NCBI GenBank assembly: GCA_976551045.1
Contig: CDPCPM010000033.1
Span: 27,404,001 to 27,468,000 of the forward strand
Source: Glaucostegus cemiculus
Taxonomy: Eukaryota
Direction: 5' to 3'
DNA: 64,000 nt
Below the pieces are notes generated by a model that saw only the letters and a list, made by a program, of their open reading frames with translations, did no database searches and was not told where the DNA came from. A program made the position numbers and the translations under genes. How positions within the stretch are numbered: position 1 is the first letter of the stretch; each line of letters begins with the position of its first letter. Shown here one piece after another: positions 63,301-64,000 of this stretch.

Positions 63301-64000
63301 GGTAAAACAATCAAACTGTATTTTTGTGAATGGAGAAGCCCAGTGACCTCCCTACCAGGGAACTGTGAGATATATCTCCCACAATAAAAAGCCATATTCT
63401 TAACAGTGTAATGCCAAGGTCAACTTGACAAATAAAGCAAGGCTGTCCTTACTTTATTTTGTGGCTGGATTTTGACTCAAAACCTGGCCTGGTACCTGGA
63501 GTTAAAGCTTCATTTTTAAAAAGGAAAACATGAAGAAATTGCCTCTTTTTATATTAAGTTATAACCTCTTAACACAAGCACTAAAAGAACAAAAATCAAT
63601 CATTCAAACCATTTTGTTTGAATTATGAATCCTCCAAACAGTATTATTTATGCCTTTGCTAATATCAAACCCTGTTTTATGTCTACTTTTGAAGTAAAAC
63701 TAGTAAAGTCATAAATATAAACACCTGGTAATTGTCAACAATGATTAAACTAAGTGATCTTCTTAAGTTCTCCATTGTCAGTAAATCTTTAATCAGTCAA
63801 TGAAATAATGCTGACATTTATTTCTCTACCACATCTCCAGCCCATCTAAAGACCTGTTATACCCCAAGTTTATAACAACAGCAATAACACATAAATATAT
63901 CAAAATAGACCAGGACATAGAATAGAATTAATTAAAAAGTAGACAGGTACTTATTTCACACTTTTTTTTCATGTAAATCAACAAAAAGATATTCTACCTT
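229..64000 (-). CDS. TTN: Titin, partial multi-exon gene (distal PEVK, distal I-band Ig, I/A junction, start of A-band D-zone); continues beyond both window ends
   Basis: About 79 exons with compatible phases encode Ig-I and FN3 domains and PEVK repeats. Peptides such as LKFVKELQDVVLEEAESVGSSAVFECLISPST and PPGPPFPKVTDWTKS match vertebrate titin. Confidence 0.99.
652..966 (-). CDS. TTN: titin exon, FN3
   Basis: 315 bp, phase 1-1; VPGPCDKPTVSSV...VVARDPI. Confidence 0.95.
1277..1576 (-). CDS. TTN: titin exon, FN3
   Basis: 300 bp; YPGPPVGPIKFEG...PETARNLF. Confidence 0.95.
1673..1969 (-). CDS. TTN: titin exon, Ig-I
   Basis: 297 bp; APAIELKEFLEAEQHTD...KEMRLNVL. Confidence 0.95.
2068..2385 (-). 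CDS. TTN: titin exon, FN3
   Basis: 318 bp; DPPEPPTKLKIALV...IVVKDQT. Confidence 0.95.
2478..2777 (-). CDS. TTN: titin exon, FN3
   Basis: 300 bp; MPGSPKDLKVSDI...RARDPI. Confidence 0.95.
2868..2997 (-). CDS. TTN: titin exon, Ig-I C-part
   Basis: 130 bp; IESAGTKTAVVIPECNRTHSGRYNITAKNKAGQKTAHVRVNVL. Confidence 0.93.
3104..3136 (-). CDS. TTN: titin 33-bp microexon within an Ig domain
   Basis: TAG/GTAAT bounded, phase 0-0; DEVHNVPADAQ. Confidence 0.88.
3845..4085 (+). mobile_element. CR1/HER1-type LINE 3' end fragment
   Basis: ggcatggatgtggtgggctgaagggg...ctgcgctgtac...ctatgaatctat tail, similar to the copy at 15955-16325. Confidence 0.6.
5818..5966 (-). CDS. TTN: titin exon, Ig-I N-part
   Basis: 149 bp; EPDIILDVGAQDFLSCHAGTAVRIPAIVSGRPFPKINWEFEGPAKTVIK. 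Confidence 0.93.
6054..6362 (-). CDS. TTN: titin exon, FN3
   Basis: 309 bp; DPPGAPSCPEVTDK...IIVKEIL. Confidence 0.95.
6641..7070 (-). CDS. TTN: titin exon, FN3 C-part plus full FN3
   Basis: 430 bp; VWKLTTDGEYQFR...VLASDPK. Confidence 0.95.
7177..7367 (-). CDS. TTN: titin exon, FN3 N-part
   Basis: 191 bp; KPSPPRNLKVSDVKAESCYLTWDAPEDNGGSEITNY...ERRYG. Confidence 0.93.
7475..7783 (-). CDS. TTN: titin exon, Ig-I
   Basis: 309 bp; PPTVKLLLKV...SVNVNIL. Confidence 0.95.
7902..8201 (-). CDS. TTN: titin exon, FN3
   Basis: 300 bp; PPTSPEKFRYTERTKS...IVQDDE. Confidence 0.95.
8286..8579 (-). CDS. TTN: titin exon, FN3
   Basis: 294 bp; DVPGPILDLKPVVV...AAVDPL. Confidence 0.95.
8681..8968 (-). CDS. 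TTN: titin exon, Ig-I
   Basis: 288 bp; EPPTVEFDVSVRNG...WTRVDIV. Confidence 0.95.
9063..9359 (-). CDS. TTN: titin exon, FN3
   Basis: 297 bp; PPGPPIPSIHDTSA...TVREPQ. Confidence 0.95.
9459..9758 (-). CDS. TTN: titin exon, FN3
   Basis: 300 bp; DPPEAPDQPQVED...RAQDPI. Confidence 0.95.
9903..10205 (-). CDS. TTN: titin exon, FN3
   Basis: 303 bp; TPGPPVNFIFEEVRND...VAKNPF. Confidence 0.95.
10329..10706 (-). CDS. TTN: titin exon, Ig-I with charged loop insert
   Basis: 378 bp; PPKVSLSGNLASGL...RPEEIKKR...ASCDVNVL. Confidence 0.95.
10863..11165 (-). CDS. TTN: titin exon, FN3
   Basis: 303 bp; RPDPPVDLEVQDPT...KALDPI. Confidence 0.95.
11262..11561 (-). CDS. TTN: titin exon, FN3
   Basis: 300 bp; LPGQCKEIKASDVTKSSCKISWDPPDYDGGSP...VIAEDQK (absent from ORF track). 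Confidence 0.94.
11677..11955 (-). CDS. TTN: titin exon, Ig-I (first Ig of the D-zone super-repeats)
   Basis: 279 bp; NPSIEVQTQDIVVVEG...INVKVI. Confidence 0.95.
12063..12368 (-). CDS. TTN: titin exon, FN3 (I/A junction)
   Basis: 306 bp; PPSPPLELHVTDA...VAKDSD. Confidence 0.95.
12463..12659 (-). CDS. TTN: titin exon, FN3 C-part
   Basis: 197 bp; YVIEKKEKLGTRWVKAG...CIEDPT. Confidence 0.93.
12787..12892 (-). CDS. TTN: titin exon, FN3 N-part
   Basis: 106 bp (+197 = 303); TPGPPYALTVVDVTKRHVELKWEAPKNDGGRPIQR. Confidence 0.92.
12987..13286 (-). CDS. TTN: titin exon, FN3
   Basis: 300 bp; PPSPPRWLEVVNITKN...LAKDTF. Confidence 0.95.
13379..13678 (-). CDS. TTN: titin exon, FN3
   Basis: 300 bp; PPWPPGKPNVKDV...LCKERL. 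Confidence 0.95.
13927..14042 (-). CDS. TTN: titin exon, FN3 C-part
   Basis: 116 bp; LKGLTPKKKYKFRVLAENLAGPGKPSIETDPILVKDPI. Confidence 0.92.
14560..15940 (-). mobile_element. Degenerate CR1-clade LINE ORF2 (RT) fragments
   Basis: Reverse strand gives EPIDVMCLDFQNVF (compare VDVVYLDFQKAFD) at about 14640-14678, an RPVSL-like motif at about 14850 and FADD at about 15765; many stops. Confidence 0.65.
15955..16325 (+). mobile_element. CR1/HER1-type LINE 3' end
   Basis: gatagagtagacagtc...aaactagacag...tttaaag...gggccaaagggactgtt...(ctctatga)n tail. Confidence 0.7.
16439..17032. mobile_element. MITE-like (Tc1/mariner-Tigger-type) DNA element, interrupted by a SINE
   Basis: Ends match the reverse complement of the ends of 28361-28629 (cctgactta; ttccattcctg.gaactgtc). 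Confidence 0.5.
16665..16915 (+). mobile_element. tRNA-derived V-SINE (HE1-like)
   Basis: A/B-box head (tagcgtagcgg; ggttcgattcc), V-core gggtttcctccgggtgctccggtttcctcccac, LINE-like 3' gggcctgtt, A-rich tail. Confidence 0.85.
17504..17690 (-). CDS. TTN: titin exon, FN3 N-part
   Basis: 187 bp (+116 = 303); [32 protein letters not shown]... Confidence 0.93.
17806..18102 (-). CDS. TTN: titin exon, FN3
   Basis: 297 bp; KPGPPAAFDITDITNES...IAKYAF. Confidence 0.95.
18195..18482 (-). CDS. TTN: titin exon, Ig-I
   Basis: 288 bp; APEIHLDVKLLAGITVKAG...VEVNIL. Confidence 0.95.
18986..19107 (-). CDS. TTN: titin exon, FN3 C-part
   Basis: 122 bp; MEVTNLTENEWYSYRVKALN...QAVDPK. Confidence 0.93.
19192..19369 (-). 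CDS. TTN: titin exon, FN3 N-part
   Basis: 178 bp (+122 = 300); VPDPPESVRWRDSTASGIFLAWEPPKYDGGS... Confidence 0.93.
20148..20295 (-). CDS. TTN: titin exon, FN3 C-part
   Basis: 148 bp; VIERVQDLEFTITDL...NVSAPA. Confidence 0.93.
20875..21000 (+). mobile_element. Penelope-derived pLTR-like fragment with hammerhead-like core
   Basis: CTGATGA-AAAGTTATGGACCT-GAAA-TGTTAAC...ccacagatgctgcctgac. Confidence 0.65.
21230..21381 (-). CDS. TTN: titin exon, FN3 N-part
   Basis: 152 bp (+148 = 300); RPSAPKDLKISEISRNTVHLIWDQPDNDGGSP...KTWVK. Confidence 0.93.
22178..22462 (-). CDS. TTN: titin exon, Ig-I
   Basis: 285 bp; APSLDLREFKDGLEVIVPEP...IDVNVI. Confidence 0.95.
22576..22690 (-). CDS. TTN: titin exon, FN3 C-part
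   Basis: 115 bp; VSGLEQGKKYYYRVSAENAAG...ADDPH. Confidence 0.93.
23279..23466 (-). CDS. TTN: titin exon, FN3 N-part
   Basis: 188 bp (+115 = 303); KPSPPIELAASNQ...PETKFK. Confidence 0.93.
23553..23855 (-). CDS. TTN: titin exon, FN3
   Basis: 303 bp; VPDAPLNVQVKDVNKFG...IMDPI. Confidence 0.95.
23957..24256 (-). CDS. TTN: titin exon, first FN3 of the I/A junction
   Basis: 300 bp; VPGPIQNLKVLETSDG...QAKNKF. Confidence 0.95.
24344..24631 (-). CDS. TTN: titin exon, Ig (about I105)
   Basis: 288 bp; IPRIKMTDLNLVTDAGKP...INLDVI. Confidence 0.95.
24751..25017 (-). CDS. TTN: titin exon, Ig (about I104)
   Basis: 267 bp; EIPVEIIRPPQDIFEAPE...AKLELA. Confidence 0.95.
25106..25230 (-). CDS. TTN: titin exon, Ig C-part (about I103); GC donor
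   Basis: 125 bp; YQFEKDGSLHRLIVKECRPDDECEYSCGVEDRRSRARLFVE; phase requires a GCAAGT donor. Confidence 0.9.
25326..25734 (-). CDS. TTN: titin exon, Ig (about I102) plus N-part of I103
   Basis: 409 bp; EELKIIEPLDDCETMEKK...ELRENAK. Confidence 0.95.
25820..26098 (-). CDS. TTN: titin exon, Ig (about I101)
   Basis: 279 bp; NLRIITPIKDQ...ASLQVQ. Confidence 0.95.
26751..27017 (-). CDS. TTN: titin exon, Ig (about I100)
   Basis: 267 bp; LAAEFVSKPRNLEVL...AELTVI. Confidence 0.95.
27108..27377 (-). CDS. TTN: titin exon, Ig (about I99)
   Basis: 270 bp; EEATFTKNLANAEV...CQLRVN. Confidence 0.95.
27466..27634 (-). CDS. TTN: titin exon, Ig C-part (about I98)
   Basis: 169 bp; VCWFKDGVEVRKGKKYD...GLLTVL. 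Confidence 0.94.
28361..28629. mobile_element. MITE-like DNA element (same family as 16439-17032, opposite orientation)
   Basis: ta|caggcagtccctgggtt ... aacccagggagcccc imperfect terminal inverted repeats. Confidence 0.5.
29464..29697. mobile_element. Palindromic Penelope-derived element with 15-bp TSD
   Basis: Inverted arms of about 95 bp; TAATACAATTTCTTG at 29449-29463 and 29698-29712. Confidence 0.85.
30572..30669 (-). CDS. TTN: titin exon, Ig N-part (about I98)
   Basis: 98 bp (+169 = 267); PHVEFTKPLTDLEVKEKEVAKFVCEVSRESAK. Confidence 0.92.
31283..31610 (-). mobile_element. CR1/HER1-type LINE 3' end
   Basis: tacagcatggaaataggcccttcggcccaac...accacttcctct...gtgtaaaaaagtt...cctctagtt, the reverse of the 15955 type. 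Confidence 0.7.
32125..32391 (-). CDS. TTN: titin exon, Ig (about I97)
   Basis: 267 bp; PPAEFTKPLEDQTVEE...CFLTVE. Confidence 0.95.
32497..32620 (-). CDS. TTN: titin exon, Ig C-part (about I96)
   Basis: 124 bp; IVTRAEGRRHTFTLRDVQLNEAGEVKLTAKDFTTSARLIVK. Confidence 0.93.
34045..34370 (+). mobile_element. CR1-type LINE 3' fragment
   Basis: ttgaaacatacaaaattct...gggcttgacagggtagatg...gaagaaat.tcttcac...aatctttgga...agagggctgtggaggct. Confidence 0.65.
34675..34817 (-). CDS. TTN: titin exon, Ig N-part (about I96); candidate first coding exon of a Cronos-like isoform
   Basis: 143 bp (+124 = 267); ARVISLLRPLKDVTVTAGHSASFDCELSYEGIEVQWFLKNKLLEPSER. Confidence 0.93.
34818..35444 (-). promoter_or_regulatory. 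Candidate Cronos-type internal promoter and alternative first-exon extension
   Basis: In-frame ATG at 34836-34834 (A at -3) gives MSASSK before the exon. CAGCTG E-boxes lie at 35054 and 35303, and a YTAW4TAR match at 34903-34912. The position matches my recollection of the Cronos intron. Confidence 0.6.
35174..35264 (+). mobile_element. Short Penelope-derived pLTR fragment with TSD, inside the candidate Cronos intron
   Basis: (ttg)atgaagggtcttgactc...catagatgctgcctt; flanked by acaaacaaa(a/g)cattg at 35159-35173 and 35265-35279. Confidence 0.65.
35445..35571 (-). CDS. TTN: titin exon, Ig C-part (about I95)
   Basis: 127 bp; DCEIKKEGTKHFLILYNVQMDQAGEVDFQAANAKTNAHLRVK. Confidence 0.93.
35662..35801 (-). 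CDS. TTN: titin exon, Ig N-part (about I95)
   Basis: 140 bp; RHIKILRPLYSVEVTETE...NLRPSA. Confidence 0.94.
35976..36242 (-). CDS. TTN: titin exon, Ig (about I94)
   Basis: 267 bp; GEPYFISKLQDYTAVEK...AKLNTE. Confidence 0.95.
36350..36616 (-). CDS. TTN: titin exon, Ig (about I93)
   Basis: 267 bp; IRLEFTKPLEDQ...AKLTVL. Confidence 0.95.
36708..36974 (-). CDS. TTN: titin exon, Ig (about I92); GC donor
   Basis: 267 bp only with the GCAAGT donor; IPLTFIVPLNDVKVYEK...GKLVIQ. Confidence 0.92.
37129..37255 (-). CDS. TTN: titin exon, Ig C-part (I91/I27 homolog)
   Basis: 127 bp; HCEIIEDGKKHILTLYNCKLSDSGEVSFQAANAKSAATLKVK. Confidence 0.94.
37503..37642 (-). CDS. TTN: titin exon, Ig N-part (I91/I27 homolog)
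   Basis: 140 bp; RIIKVVRPLHGIEIFEGETARFEVEISETDVHLQWKLKGETLLMSP. Confidence 0.94.
37741..38004 (-). CDS. TTN: titin exon, Ig (about I90)
   Basis: 264 bp; ADPYFTVKLQDYTAVER...ASVNIE. Confidence 0.95.
38206..38472 (-). CDS. TTN: titin exon, Ig (about I89)
   Basis: 267 bp; MRLKFITPLKDQTVKEG...CNLNVL. Confidence 0.95.
38630..39135. mobile_element. Penelope-like element remnant: inverted pLTR arms around a GIY-YIG C-terminal relic
   Basis: 38899-38822 (-) reads EEHYLFFHVGMLEPSGLKIEFCNFR*, like the PLE endonuclease end EEQHLIFRLGTLQPxGLNIEF. Confidence 0.7.
39834..40100 (-). CDS. TTN: titin exon, Ig (about I88)
   Basis: 267 bp; LEIDFATPLKDVTVPEKRQ...AKLTVT. Confidence 0.95.
40224..40350 (-). 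CDS. TTN: titin exon, Ig C-part (about I87)
   Basis: 127 bp; TCEIKSEGNKRFLVLHDVKLDQAGEVVFKARNATSIAYLRVK. Confidence 0.93.
40452..40588 (-). CDS. TTN: titin exon, Ig N-part (about I87)
   Basis: 137 bp; REIDILTELQSVEVYEKETATFETEISQDVPVEWKLKGEILRPSH. Confidence 0.93.
42322..42501. repeat. Inverted repeat / hairpin with 84-bp arms and 12-nt loop
   Basis: Arms 42322-42405 and 42418-42501 differ at 7 of 84 positions. Confidence 0.9.
43610..43876 (-). mobile_element. tRNA-derived V-SINE (HE1-like)
   Basis: Reverse complement of the 16665 element; (AAAC)n(AAAT)n tail. Confidence 0.85.
44302..44577 (-). CDS. TTN: titin exon, Ig (about I86)
   Basis: 276 bp; IVRKWFVKPVRDQRVKQK...ANLIVD. Confidence 0.95.
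44717..44986 (-). CDS. TTN: titin exon, Ig (about I85)
   Basis: 270 bp; LPVAFFKTLDEEITVFKGQPLYL...KVNVQ. Confidence 0.95.
45242..45637 (-). CDS. TTN: titin exon, end of PEVK plus Ig (about I84)
   Basis: 396 bp; RKTPSPGDGDKKPLKPGGGRPPSEEPPFAGFQLKAVQLKFVKELQD...AKLTVK. Confidence 0.95.
46612..46662 (-). CDS. TTN: titin small PEVK exon (51 bp; an alternative donor would give 33 bp, 46630-46662)
   Basis: CAG acceptor and AG|GTGAGA donor, phase 1-1; DAKAPADEAGKGRGLLR resembles human EAKAPKEEAAK. Confidence 0.8.
47324..49234 (-). CDS. TTN: titin giant K/E/P/V-rich exon, 1911 bp (637 codons)
   Basis: Stop-free ORF in track; TATAG acceptor and AG|GTGAGA donor; phase 1-1. Confidence 0.88.
49628..49702 (-). 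CDS. TTN: titin PEVK exon, 75 bp
   Basis: EPEAEEVPITTLPITTPGPVKKPVK; AAG acceptor, AAAG|GTAC donor. Confidence 0.85.
50342..50422 (-). CDS. TTN: titin PEVK exon, 81 bp
   Basis: VTTVAEKIEPKGDLVTAPVKQDLESEE; TTTGAAG acceptor, GTAC donor. Confidence 0.82.
51167..51670 (-). CDS. TTN: titin E-rich exon, 504 bp, built of 12-aa repeats
   Basis: Open frame, phase 1-1; CTGAAG acceptor, AAAG|GTAT donor. Confidence 0.82.
52018..52098 (-). CDS. TTN: titin PEVK exon, 81 bp
   Basis: VSEVARKHMPEKVAPITFAETKVITVK; TTTAAAG acceptor, GTAC donor. Confidence 0.83.
52190..52760 (-). mobile_element. Degenerate CR1-type LINE 3' fragment
   Basis: gaggcatttggccca...ttatcaaacc...atttttctc...gtattcca layout as in other CR1 3' ends; heavily decayed. 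Confidence 0.45.
55685..56705. mobile_element. Cluster of Penelope-derived pLTR units (one inverted, three direct) with endonuclease relic
   Basis: Units at about 55685-55795 (-), 56015-56110, 56361-56470 and 56586-56700 (+); NEQHLI relic at about 55917. Confidence 0.7.
57080..57163 (-). CDS. TTN: titin PEVK exon with mutated acceptor (84 bp; 75 bp if the cryptic acceptor at 57154 is used), possibly a pseudoexon
   Basis: VPEVVKKAEPAPITVSKTVRPIPEKDRK; donor intact, but the expected TTTGAAG reads TTTGAAA. Confidence 0.65.
57806..57892 (-). CDS. TTN: titin PEVK (PPAK-type) exon, 87 bp
   Basis: VPEIPKKPVAEEAKPVSVPRKVEKPAPEE. Confidence 0.9.
59268..59336 (-). CDS. TTN: titin PEVK exon, 69 bp (tandem copy)
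   Basis: VPEVPKKPAPEPLKPKKEVTPEK. Confidence 0.9.
59550..59790. mobile_element. Palindromic Penelope-derived element within a duplicated unit
   Basis: ggtcaggcagcatctgtg...tttcatcaa / ctgatgca...acctgaaa...atgctgccagacct. Confidence 0.75.
61057..61125 (-). CDS. TTN: titin PEVK exon, 69 bp (tandem copy)
   Basis: Same peptide as 59268-59336; 67/69 nt identical. Confidence 0.9.
61370..61610. mobile_element. Palindromic Penelope-derived element within a duplicated unit (paralog of 59550)
   Basis: Same position relative to the exon and same structure as the 59550 copy. Confidence 0.75.
63998..64000 (-). CDS. TTN: 3' end of the next tandem PEVK exon copy, truncated by the window edge
   Basis: Flank aaatcaacaaaaagatattctacctt is identical to the one preceding the 61057 exon. 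Confidence 0.7.

Larger units (their letters stand above)
58680..64000. repeat. Tandem duplication of a PEVK exon+intron unit (1789-bp and 2941-bp periods)
   Basis: Shared anchors: ctcaaaacctggc at about 58759, 60525 and 63476; donor sites at 59266, 61055 and 63996. Confidence 0.9.

Noticed and set aside
59894-63395. ORFs of 103-141 aa in the duplicated introns (59894, 62117, 62465, 62970)
   Set aside because: Frames are not conserved between paralogous units and no domains are recognisable
1-64000. CRISPR array, operon, rRNA or other prokaryotic system
   Set aside because: The window is a spliced vertebrate gene; no repeat-spacer array seen
1-64000. U12-type (minor spliceosome) introns
   Set aside because: No RTATCCTT donors at the exon boundaries I mapped

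Overview
Eukaryotic, AT-rich genomic DNA lying entirely inside a titin (TTN) gene on the minus strand. The intronic repeats (tRNA-headed V-SINEs of HE1 type, CR1/HER1-type LINE ends, Penelope-derived palindromes) point to a cartilaginous fish; this is an inference. I delimited 78 complete exons plus one truncated at the window edge, using splice sites and reading-frame phase. In transcript order (64000 to 1) they encode the distal PEVK region, 22 distal I-band Ig domains (about I84-I105 in human numbering, including the I91/I27 homolog), the FN3-rich I/A junction, and the first three 7-domain D-zone super-repeats (Ig-FN-FN-Ig-FN-FN-FN) of the A-band. The most interesting signals are: (1) an in-frame intronic ATG (MSASSK-ARVISLL) with muscle E-box/MEF2-like motifs where I recall the internal Cronos promoter lying in zebrafish and mammals; (2) many intronic Penelope-derived elements with hammerhead-ribozyme-like cores, some palindromic and with 15-bp target-site duplications; (3) unusual PEVK exons, namely a 1911-bp K/E-rich exon, a 504-bp exon of 13 x 12-aa acidic repeats, tandemly duplicated exon+intron units, and an exon whose acceptor AG is lost; (4) two frame-required GC-AG introns; (5) a 180-nt intronic hairpin. 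Human domain numbering and comparisons come from memory and need checking by alignment.
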